A DNA stretch of 22,663 bases, taken from assembly GCA_016926395.1 (NCBI GenBank), contig JAFGOT010000038.1, positions 1 through 22,663 on the forward strand, written 5' to 3'. The notes under the pieces were generated by a model. That model saw only the letters and a program-made list of their open reading frames with translations. It was not told where the DNA came from and did no database searches. Each line of letters starts with the position of its first letter. Position 1 is the stretch's first letter. The translations under genes were made by a program, and so were the position numbers. Shown piece by piece: positions 8,542 through 16,462 of this stretch. The stretch comes from Candidatus Woesearchaeota archaeon (GTDB taxonomy: Archaea; Nanobdellota; Nanobdellia; Woesearchaeales; SKGA01).

Positions 8542-9390
8542 TTATTGTATTCTTTCTATTGTTCTTAAATCTTCAATCCTTTTTTTAGCATCTACACTTC
8601 CTGAAAATAGGTGCCAGAATACTTTAATTATCCAATCTAGCCATAAATCATCTAATATGTCGTAGAATATGAATAGATTTTTTTTATTCGTTTTATCGGC
8701 AAAATGATTTGCTCTTGTTTCTTTAAACCGAACAATATTGTTGTCTATTACAAATGCTCTAAATGGTTGATTTCGATGTCTTATCTCGATAGCTTCTCTT
8801 TTTGAATAATCATTTATTGCGAGAGTTTCTTCTATTTGTTTTATGTTGTTTATTTCAACTGAAGCAATAACTTTGATGCTTATTCCTTTATCTGCTAGTT
8901 CTTCAAAAATTTTTCTTAGCCTTGTTTTACCTTGTTTAGCTTGACTCCATGAAAAATCTCCTGAAAAAATAAGAACTTGTTTTTTTGCGCTCCTAAGAAG
9001 CGAAACTAAATCTTGTTTTAGAGTTATTTTATATTCTTCTTGTTCCTCAAGAAATGCTCTTCTTTTGTCTTTATCTACATATTGATATATGTCGAATGGA
9101 GAAAGATCATTTTTTTCTTTTGCTAGTTCTATTTGTTTTAAAAGTTGTTCTTGAAACGTGTTGGATGTGATTTGTTTAACGCTCTGATGATAGACTATTT
9201 TTAGAGCTCCTCTTGTTCCTTCTCTGAATATTCTTGTCTGAATGCTACCATCTTCTTTTGATATTTTATCAACATATGAGTCTGCTGTTCGCCAATTCTT
9301 TTTAATGTGGTTTGCTATTTCTTGAATGCTTCTTGGCTTTATAGCGACATAAGTTATTATTTTTCTTGTTGTTTTCGAATCTAGAACCAC
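8542..9390 (-). CDS. Putative transcriptional regulator, N-terminal wHTH plus TrmB/PLD-like effector domain
   Basis: N-terminal RSIQEIANHIKKNWRTADSYVDKI HTH-like segment. The C-terminal VLIFSG…ISIKVIA…FRAFVIDNNIV segment resembles TrmB-type effector domains by eye. GTG start. Confidence 0.5.
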   Translation of the reverse strand: MVLDSKTTRKIITYVAIKPRSIQEIANHIKKNWRTADSYVDKISKEDGSIQTRIFREGTRGALKIVYHQSVKQITSNTFQEQLLKQIELAKEKNDLSPFDIYQYVDKDKRRAFLEEQEEYKITLKQDLVSLLRSAKKQVLIFSGDFSWSQAKQGKTRLRKIFEELADKGISIKVIASVEINNIKQIEETLAINDYSKREAIEIRHRNQPFRAFVIDNNIVRFKETRANHFADKTNKKNLFIFYDILDDLWLDWIIKVFWHLFSGSVDAKKRIEDLRTIERIQ

Positions 9391-9522
9391 TTTGCTTATT
9401 TTATCTATCTTCTGATTTAAAAATTTTTGTAAAAATACAACACTAATACATTTTTATCATCAGAAATTATGAAATAAACTACAAGTCTATGTAAATAACA
9501 TACTTTATAGTGTGAGGTTTTA

Positions 9523-10116
9523 ATGATGGAAATAAAGAATGTAAAAGTATATGATCTAGAAGAAAGTATCAAAGCTTCTTCTTATCCTATGTCTATAGGT
9601 AATACTCCCGAGGAAGTTTCTTTTTCGGATTTGATGGATTGTGATTTTAAAAGAGCTAGTAAATTAGGTTCTGTAAGGTCTGGTTCTGGGCATGATAATT
9701 TTCTAAAGGGAATTGTTGTTAATTTTGACATTTCAGCTCCTCAGTACTGGTGGCCTCAGTTTCAAAGATATCATTTTGCTGATATTGTTTCCAGTCAGAG
9801 TAAAATGCATCGTTTAACTAAAATGGACTTGGATGCGCAGTATAATGAATGGGTTCTTCCTGAAGCTAAACTTATTGTTAAAGACTTAATTTCTGAATAT
9901 GATCAAAATCCTTCTAAAGATAATTTTCAAAGACTGGTTAGTAATGTGCCTATGGGTCTAAATTTATCTGCCAGGATTACAACTAATTATTTGCAACTAA
10001 AAGGGATTCATTCTCAACGTAGAAGTCACAAACTTAATGAGTGGCAATACTTTTGTGATTGGGTAGAAACATTGCCTTATTTCACTGATTTCGTAAAAGC
10101 TGTTGGAGGTAAATGA
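9523..10116 (+). CDS. Divergent ThyX-fold (flavin-dependent thymidylate synthase-like) protein
   Basis: SGHDNFL; APQYWWPQFQRYH aligns with ThyX APIFVARQ-xx-RHR; TTNYLQLKGIHSQRRSHKLNEW aligns with ThyX T-x-N-xxx-L…R..SH…E. ATGA overlap with tmk. Confidence 0.6.
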   Translation: MMEIKNVKVYDLEESIKASSYPMSIGNTPEEVSFSDLMDCDFKRASKLGSVRSGSGHDNFLKGIVVNFDISAPQYWWPQFQRYHFADIVSSQSKMHRLTKMDLDAQYNEWVLPEAKLIVKDLISEYDQNPSKDNFQRLVSNVPMGLNLSARITTNYLQLKGIHSQRRSHKLNEWQYFCDWVETLPYFTDFVKAVGGK

Positions 10117-10784
10117 AAATGGTTTTTGTAGTTATAGATGGTATTGATGGAACTGGAAAAGGAACACAATCCCTAATGCTTATGAAACGTCTTATTGCCG
10201 AGGGTTATTCTGTGAAACTCATGGATTTTCCAAGACATTCTAATCCTTCAGCTTATTTTGTTGATGCGTATTTGAATGGAGAATTTTCTGATAAGGCAGA
10301 AGATGTTCATCCCAAAACAGCTTCCTTGTTTTATGCACTTGATAGATTTGCAGCTAAGAAAGAAATGGTTAGTCATTTATCTTCTGGTGGTATAATTATT
10401 TCAAATCGTTATGTCTCATCTAATAAAGGTCATCAACTTGGAAAGATTAAAGATTCTACTGGGCGTGATGAATTTCTTTATTGGCTTGATGACTTGGAGT
10501 ATGGTATTTTAGGTCTTCCTCGCGAAGATGTTAATATTCTTCTAAACGCAAGTCCTAAAGTTTCACAAATAAATGTTGATAAAAAATCTACTCGATCTTA
10601 TACTTCCAAAAAGAGGGATTTGCATGAGTTTGATTTAGAACATTTAGCGAGTGCTCGTGAAGCTTATTCTTATGTTGCACAAAAAGAGAATTGGCATGTT
10701 ATTGATTGTGCTCCCAAACATGTGATGAGGCCGGTTGAAGACATTCATGAAGAAATATACTCTATTGTTAAGCCTTTGATTTAG
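10113..10784 (+). CDS. tmk: Thymidylate kinase
   Basis: P-loop DGIDGTGKGTQ, DFPRH, LFYALDRF, NRYVSSN (DRY-equivalent). Confidence 0.9.
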   Translation: MKMVFVVIDGIDGTGKGTQSLMLMKRLIAEGYSVKLMDFPRHSNPSAYFVDAYLNGEFSDKAEDVHPKTASLFYALDRFAAKKEMVSHLSSGGIIISNRYVSSNKGHQLGKIKDSTGRDEFLYWLDDLEYGILGLPREDVNILLNASPKVSQINVDKKSTRSYTSKKRDLHEFDLEHLASAREAYSYVAQKENWHVIDCAPKHVMRPVEDIHEEIYSIVKPLI

Positions 10785-10847
10785 CTTTTGTTTTTTTATT
10801 TTTTCATACCATAACTTTTAAATACTCTTTTCCTTGTAATATTGTTT

Positions 10848-12224
10848 ATGAGATATACAAAAATTGTTGCAACCATTGGTCCTGCATGCGATACTAAAAT
10901 TGATCAACTAATTAAACACGGTGTGGATGTAGCTCGTTTGAATTTTTCTCATGGTAATTATGATTATTTTAAAAAAGTAATTAAGCAAATTAGGAATGTT
11001 AACTCTTTAATTCCTATTCTTCTTGATACTAAAGGGCCTGAAGTTAGAATTGGAGATATTAAGCCTACTCAAATTGAGAAGAATTCTTTTGTTAATCTTG
11101 TTCCTTTTGGTGCTAAACTTGATCTTGGTTCCATTCCTCTTTCATATACTAACTTATCTGCTGATGTGAAGAAAGGAGACAAATTGATGATTGATGATGG
11201 AAAATTAATTCTTAGAGTTGAACGTTTTGATGGAAAAACTGTTGTTTGTAAAGCTCTTGATTCTCACGTTCTTCTTCCAAGAAAATCTGTTGATGTTTTA
11301 GGAGGAAGTGTTAGTCTTCCCGATTTAACACTTCAAGACAAAAAAGACATTTCCTTTGGTGTTAAACAAGGAGTTGATATTATTGCAGTCTCTTTAGTGC
11401 GTAATGCGAAAACAATAACGCAAGTTAGAAAACTTGCTCCAAAACAATTTATTGTTGCAAAAATTGAACATCCTGAAGCTGTTAAAAACTTTGATGCGAT
11501 TTTATCTGTTTCTGATGGTATTATGATTGCAAGAGGAGATTTAGGTTTAACTGTTCCGACCGAAAAAGTTCCAACTCTTCAAAAAAAAATGATTGACAAG
11601 TGCAATTTAGCAGGAAAGCCTGTTATTGTCGCAACTCAAATGCTTGATTCAATGACTACAGAACCTATTCCTACGCGTGCCGAAGCTAGTGATGTTGCAA
11701 ATGCAGTTTTTGATGGTGTTGATGCTTTAATGCTTAGTGGTGAGACTGCTAGCGGTGATTATCCTATTGAATCTGTTAAGATGATGGAAAAAATTGCTCA
11801 TGAAGCTGATGCGCATTTAAAAGAAAAATCTGTTCATATTCATAAATCAAAAGAAACAATGGTTGAGAGTATGTGTGTTCTGATAACTGAAGCTGCTCAT
11901 GAGATGAATGTTAAAGCTATTATTACTCCGACGGTGACTGGATACACTTCTCGTCTTTTGGCAAAATATCGTCCTAAAATACCTATTGTGGGCATAACTA
12001 GAAATTTAGTCGTTGGTCGAACTTTAAATCTTTCAAAAGGCGTTCGTAGTTTTGTAATAAATAAACCAACTGCTCATTCTCAAATTAAAGAATGTATTGA
12101 TGAGATTGTTGATTTACATAATCTTAAAAAATCTGATCTTGTTATTGTGGCTTATAATAACAGTCAAAATGTTTCTGGCACTACTAATGTTTTTGAAATT
12201 CGAGAAGTTAAAGAGTTGATGTAA
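10848..12224 (+). CDS. pyk: Pyruvate kinase
   Basis: TKIVATIGPA, ARLNFSHG, DTKGPEVR, AKIE, IMIARGDLG, ATQMLDSM, MLSGETASG. ATG 10848 preferred over TTG 10842. Confidence 0.97.
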   Translation: MRYTKIVATIGPACDTKIDQLIKHGVDVARLNFSHGNYDYFKKVIKQIRNVNSLIPILLDTKGPEVRIGDIKPTQIEKNSFVNLVPFGAKLDLGSIPLSYTNLSADVKKGDKLMIDDGKLILRVERFDGKTVVCKALDSHVLLPRKSVDVLGGSVSLPDLTLQDKKDISFGVKQGVDIIAVSLVRNAKTITQVRKLAPKQFIVAKIEHPEAVKNFDAILSVSDGIMIARGDLGLTVPTEKVPTLQKKMIDKCNLAGKPVIVATQMLDSMTTEPIPTRAEASDVANAVFDGVDALMLSGETASGDYPIESVKMMEKIAHEADAHLKEKSVHIHKSKETMVESMCVLITEAAHEMNVKAIITPTVTGYTSRLLAKYRPKIPIVGITRNLVVGRTLNLSKGVRSFVINKPTAHSQIKECIDEIVDLHNLKKSDLVIVAYNNSQNVSGTTNVFEIREVKELM

Positions 12225-12262
12225 TTCGTTTTATTCGTGTTTTTCTTATTTTTATAGAAATA

Positions 12263-12303
12263 TTTATAAATCAATAATGTTTATCTATTGATAATAATTC
12301 CTA
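12263..12303 (+). promoter_or_regulatory. perR promoter: TATA box with overlapping Fur/Per-box-like operator
   Basis: TTTATAAA 12263-12270; inverted repeat ATCAATA-N9-TATTGAT 12270-12292; TGATAAT-A-ATTCCTA 12289-12303 matches 11/14 of the 7-1-7 Fur box. Confidence 0.5.
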
Positions 12304-12316
12304 TTAAGTGATTTTC

Positions 12317-12694
12317 ATGGTTGACAAACGCCTAACAATTCAGAAAATAAAAATTCTTGAATATTTACATAGTGTTCATTCTCATCCAACTGCTGATGTT
12401 GTTTATGAAGCGGTAAAAAAACACATTCCAAACATTTCGTTAGCTACTGTTTACAGGAATTTAAACCAGATGGTTGATTCCGGTGATGTTCTGCGTTTGG
12501 AAATAAATGGGGAGTATCATTTTGATGGTGATGTTTCAAAACATCTACATTGTTACTGCTCTAGATGTGGTAAATTGGTTGATGTTTTTAATAAAAAAAT
12601 AACTGACTATGCAATAAAAAATGTTGACCTGCCAGGGTTTGAAGTATCTAACGTTCAAGTCCTATTCAAAGGTTTGTGTACAAAGTGTAGTTAA
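12317..12694 (+). CDS. perR: Fur-family repressor, PerR type
   Basis: HPTADVVY, SLATVYRNL, HFD…KHLHCYCSRCGKLVD and C-terminal CTKC. Residues equivalent to B. subtilis PerR ligands H37/D85/H91/H93/D104 are present. Directly upstream of ahpC. Confidence 0.8.
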   Translation: MVDKRLTIQKIKILEYLHSVHSHPTADVVYEAVKKHIPNISLATVYRNLNQMVDSGDVLRLEINGEYHFDGDVSKHLHCYCSRCGKLVDVFNKKITDYAIKNVDLPGFEVSNVQVLFKGLCTKCS

Positions 12695-12710
12695 TGTGAG
12701 GTAATATAAG

Positions 12711-13271
12711 ATGAAAATAAATAGTGAAGCTCCAGATTTTGAAGCTGAAAGTTTTGTAGATGATCAAATTAAAAAAATAAGTTTGTCTGACTATCAAGGT
12801 AAGTGGGTTGTATTATTTTTCTACCCTGCAGATTTTACATTTGTATGTCCAACCGAACTTGGAGAACTAGCAGATCATTATGATGAATTCAAAAAGCTAA
12901 ACACTGAAATTCTTTCTGTTAGTACTGATACTGCTTTTGTTCATAAAGCATGGCATGATAATTCAGAAACAATTGCTAAGATTAAGTTTCCTATGATTGC
13001 AGATCCAACAAGAAAGATTTGTACTGAATATGGTACTTTAATTGAAGAAGAAGGATTATCTTTAAGAGCAACAATTTTGATTAATCCTGAAGGAAAAGTT
13101 AAAGCTTTCGAATTCCATGATAATAGTATTGGACGAAGCATTGAAGAATTATTAAGAAAAATTCAAGCTGCACAATATGTTGAAGAACATGGTGGAGAAG
13201 TTTGTCCAATGAATTGGAAGCCTGGAGAAAAGACTCTAAAACCAGGACTTGACTTAGTTGGTAAAATATAG
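12711..13271 (+). CDS. ahpC: Typical 2-Cys peroxiredoxin (AhpC)
   Basis: FFYPADFTFVCPTEL (peroxidatic Cys) and GEVCPMNWKPG (resolving Cys). Confidence 0.96.
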   Translation: MKINSEAPDFEAESFVDDQIKKISLSDYQGKWVVLFFYPADFTFVCPTELGELADHYDEFKKLNTEILSVSTDTAFVHKAWHDNSETIAKIKFPMIADPTRKICTEYGTLIEEEGLSLRATILINPEGKVKAFEFHDNSIGRSIEELLRKIQAAQYVEEHGGEVCPMNWKPGEKTLKPGLDLVGKI

Positions 13272-13309
13272 GCAACTAATAAATCAATCTAACCAAAAAC
13301 CACATAACT

Positions 13310-13352
13310 GGTACCCAAGGAAAGATTCGTTCTATCTTGGGTGCCTTTTTTT
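13310..13352 (+). terminator. GC-rich hairpin followed by T7 (intrinsic-terminator-like)
   Basis: GGTACCCAAG (13310-13319) pairs with CTTGGGTGCC (13336-13345; one G-U pair), immediately followed by TTTTTTT. Confidence 0.7.
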
Positions 13353-13361
13353 AATTCTAAA

Positions 13362-13979
13362 ATGGACTTGATAGCTAAGGTAAATGAACTTAAAGGTTCT
13401 TCAGTTTCTAAAATTGTAGATTCAAAAATAAAATCTTTTAGTAATCTTGGCAAGAAAGGAAATGAGGCGTGGTTTTCTGAACTTTGTTTTTGTATTTTAA
13501 CTTCTAATTCTAAAGCACAAACGGCAATCAATATTCAAAATGAATTGGGTTATGTTGGCTTTGCAACTTTTACCAAAGAACAACTTAGTGAATCAATAAG
13601 ACGAAATAAACATCGTTTTCATAATAATAAATCTGATTTTATAATTTTGGCAAGAGAATATATTGATATCAAATCACGTCTAAAAAAAGAAAGAGATCCT
13701 CGTGCTTGGCTTGTAAGAAATATTAAAGGAATTGCTTGGAAAGAAAGTAGCCCCTTTCTTAGAAATGTGGGTTATACAGATTATGCTATTCTTGATAGAC
13801 ACATAATTAATCTTCTTCATGAAATGGGTTACTTAAAAGAAAAGCCTAAAACTCTAAATGAAAAAACTTATCTTAAGATAGAATTGGTTTTTAAGAAACT
13901 TGCTTCTGACTTAAACTTAAACTGTTCAGAATTAGATCTTTATATGTGGAATATTAAAACTGGAACCATTTTGAAATAA
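13362..13979 (+). CDS. ogg: 8-oxoguanine DNA glycosylase/AP lyase (archaeal Ogg2, MJ0724 type)
   Basis: FSELCFCILT, RFHNNK, LVRNIKGI.WKE.S.FLRNVG, AILDRHI, LDLYMW and the family's C-terminal Lys (…TGTILK). ATG 13362 preferred. Confidence 0.9.
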   Translation: MDLIAKVNELKGSSVSKIVDSKIKSFSNLGKKGNEAWFSELCFCILTSNSKAQTAINIQNELGYVGFATFTKEQLSESIRRNKHRFHNNKSDFIILAREYIDIKSRLKKERDPRAWLVRNIKGIAWKESSPFLRNVGYTDYAILDRHIINLLHEMGYLKEKPKTLNEKTYLKIELVFKKLASDLNLNCSELDLYMWNIKTGTILK

Positions 13980-14441
13980 TTACATCAACCTATTCTTTTT
14001 ATGTTTGTAATGTAATGTTCCGCCAACAACTATTCCTGCAGATATAAGAACAAGATTCTTGAATATGTATTGTCCTTCCATTGATAATACAAATGGGAAT
14101 TTGACAAAAACTACTTGTGGTAGAAGAACTAATGGTAAAAATGTTCCTATCATTTGTGCAAATAATAATATTATTCCTATTGGGAGTGTTTTTCTAAATA
14201 ATAGTGTTATACCGATTATCACTTCCCACCAACCAACAATAAGTAGGAATGTATGTGGAGAGAACCAGAATGCTGTTGCATAAACCAAATCTGCTGCAGG
14301 GCTAAGACCAAGCGGTTTTAATATCCCAAACCAGAAAAAAACTATTGCAAGAGAGATTCTTAAAAATAATAGACCATGATTATCCATCCAAGTTTCTATT
14401 TTAGATTCAATATTTTGGATGGTTTTCTTGTTCATATTCAA
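13980..14441 (-). CDS. DoxX-family membrane protein (RclC/YkgB-like)
   Basis: LRISLAIVFFWFGILK, EVIIGITLL, GTFLPL, GQYIFKNLVL; four hydrophobic segments. Confidence 0.8.
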   Translation of the reverse strand: MNMNKKTIQNIESKIETWMDNHGLLFLRISLAIVFFWFGILKPLGLSPAADLVYATAFWFSPHTFLLIVGWWEVIIGITLLFRKTLPIGIILLFAQMIGTFLPLVLLPQVVFVKFPFVLSMEGQYIFKNLVLISAGIVVGGTLHYKHKKNRLM

Positions 14442-14482
14442 ATTATTATTTTTTTAGTTTATAAAAATTGTCTTTATATGTT

Positions 14483-16060
14483 TCAAATTCTTGATTCAAG
14501 ATTTAGTCTATAGCTTTTATTATATTTTAATTCTTTTTTTATTTGGGTGTTTTCATCCATTATTTTTTGAACTCTTCTTGTTATTGCCCAGACGTGGTTT
14601 GCAGATTCAAATGGTATTGGAATTTTAATTGTACTTGTTTTTTTTAGTGGCATTTCTGCGTTTGTTGGAATGTACTTGTTCATTATTGAATCATAACTTG
14701 TTTTACCTTGTTTTGTTATGAGTTCTGAAGTATATTTTGGACCCCAATTATATGCTAGTAATGCTAATTTTTCATCTTCAAATTTGTTAAGTAAATAATC
14801 CCAATAAATAATTCCTGCTTTTATATTTTCTTTTGTCGACTCATCTGTATCGCCCAGTGCTAATTCTTTATCTATTGGCAAGATTTTTGAGTATCTTGTT
14901 CCAAATATTGTTGTATCTGATAAATTATTATTCATCCAATCAATTGTGTTTGGCATTAATTGCATAATTCCTTTAGCACCTGATTCTGATATTATTGTAT
15001 TATTTTTTCTTTTTTGTAAATATCTTGATTCTTGATATGCTTTTGAAAGTATATATGCTATTGTTCTAGAACTATCAACTTCAAAACCTTTATTTATCAT
15101 TTCTTTTAAAACAATATCTGCAAGAACAATGTTTTTACTTCTCTCTTCGAGTTGTGGCCAATTTTTATTTGCCAAATCGAGTATATATGAATTTACTATT
15201 CCATCATAGTTTAATATTTTTTTATCTTCTAAAATTATTTCTATATTTTCTTTATTTCTTGTGGTTACTCCTGAGCTAGTTTGTTGAGGTACCATCTCCA
15301 ATCCTAGCATTAAAGTAACAGTTGCAATTGCGGCTTTTTGAACAGGGGTTAATCTTCTTATTTTTTCATCTTCAAATATTACTGTTGGATCTAATTTGTT
15401 GTTATTTTCATCTAATCCTAAATTTATTAGTTCTAACATGAATCCAGAATTAACATAATTTTTATCAAGTGTCGTGGTAGATATTCTATGTTGAAATTTT
15501 TTTGAAACTTTTTCTGCAGTTTCTGTTAGTTTTTTATATTTAATACTTTGATTTGAGTTTTGAAACTTATCTTGTACAAATCTTAGAACTTCGTATTTAT
15601 TGACATGTGTTGAATCCCAAATTCCTATGATTATTGATGTGTTAAGTAGTGACCCTAAATAAACCGCCTCATATGCTCTTGATTTTGAACGTATTTCAGG
15701 GTGTATTTGTTTATTTAGCGTTGCTTCTAGTGCTAATCGATGTTTTGTTGCAAAGTTTAATGATTTTTGTTGTTTATTTAATTTATTAATTTCTTTTTTG
15801 TATTGTTTAGCAGCTTTAAGTATTATTGACTCGAACTGTTTTATTGATTTTTTACTTTCTGGAAGTTGATTAAGAATTGTATCTGCCAAGCTTTCCAAAC
15901 TACTTGCTTTGTATTGGTTATTTTTAAATATTAATGCTCCTCTTCTAAAGAAAAATTCTCTAAGAATATCATATTCTCTACCATACTCTTTTTCCAATAT
16001 TTCTTTAGCACTTTTTACTTCTTCTTCATTTAAAAGTGTTTGAAGTGTGGATTGTTTCAT
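14483..16060 (-). CDS. Lytic transglycosylase (GH23/SLT domain) with large uncharacterised N-terminal region
   Basis: Motif I AYQES (catalytic Glu), motif II SESGAKGIMQLMPNT, motif III NIKAGIIYWDYLL…LALLAYNWGP; short hydrophobic segment AAIATVTLMLGL near the middle. Confidence 0.85.
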   Translation of the reverse strand: MKQSTLQTLLNEEEVKSAKEILEKEYGREYDILREFFFRRGALIFKNNQYKASSLESLADTILNQLPESKKSIKQFESIILKAAKQYKKEINKLNKQQKSLNFATKHRLALEATLNKQIHPEIRSKSRAYEAVYLGSLLNTSIIIGIWDSTHVNKYEVLRFVQDKFQNSNQSIKYKKLTETAEKVSKKFQHRISTTTLDKNYVNSGFMLELINLGLDENNNKLDPTVIFEDEKIRRLTPVQKAAIATVTLMLGLEMVPQQTSSGVTTRNKENIEIILEDKKILNYDGIVNSYILDLANKNWPQLEERSKNIVLADIVLKEMINKGFEVDSSRTIAYILSKAYQESRYLQKRKNNTIISESGAKGIMQLMPNTIDWMNNNLSDTTIFGTRYSKILPIDKELALGDTDESTKENIKAGIIYWDYLLNKFEDEKLALLAYNWGPKYTSELITKQGKTSYDSIMNKYIPTNAEMPLKKTSTIKIPIPFESANHVWAITRRVQKIMDENTQIKKELKYNKSYRLNLESRI

Positions 16061-16171
16061 CAGAACCCAAAATATGTTTAAAATAATAAATATTATGTTT
16101 TCTTTTTATAAATCGCTTTTATTTATTTAAAAGCAGAAGCTTTTTATTCTGTTGTGTTTTTTTCACCAACT

Positions 16172-16462
16172 ATGTCTGATTTACCTGTTATTAACTCAAA
16201 AATCTCTCAATCCATTATTGACAGAGAGTTTCTAATAATTGAAAATGTTCCTTTTTGTCTTTGTCCTATTGAGCACTGTTCTTATCTTTATTTCGGAACA
16301 GGAAAAGGTCAAAAACCATATGGCTGTTCTTCTTGCAAATTAAAATATTGGTGTGATTATGATAAATCTCAAGATTTAGAAATTGTTTCTTTGACTGATT
16401 GTGACCCTGATTTATTAAAATTCTTGGAGGAAAGAGATGAAAATATTAATGATTGGTTTTAA
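16172..16462 (+). CDS. Small Cys-rich protein with CxxCxxxxxC motif (SPASM-like Fe-S domain candidate)
   Basis: 7 Cys; IENVPFC … KPYGCSSCKLKYWC. Overlaps the radical SAM start by 26 bp and contains its GGAGG SD. Confidence 0.6.
   Translation: MSDLPVINSKISQSIIDREFLIIENVPFCLCPIEHCSYLYFGTGKGQKPYGCSSCKLKYWCDYDKSQDLEIVSLTDCDPDLLKFLEERDENINDWF

Noticed and set aside
9498-9513. NrdR-box-like 16-mer ACATACTTTATAGTGT upstream of the thyX-like/tmk operon
   Set aside because: 13/16 match to the bacterial consensus as I recall it, but NrdR boxes normally occur in pairs, no second box is visible, and AT-rich promoter DNA easily gives such matches.
13310-13345. Archaeal SECIS interpretation of the post-ahpC hairpin (GAA/A internal loop)
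   Set aside because: ahpC has ordinary TGT Cys codons and no in-frame UGA, the apical stem is not G-C rich, and the following T7 fits a terminator better.
12941-14283. ORFs 12941-13141, 13289-13531 and 14059-14283
   Set aside because: Antisense to ahpC, ogg and the DoxX gene; no independent evidence.
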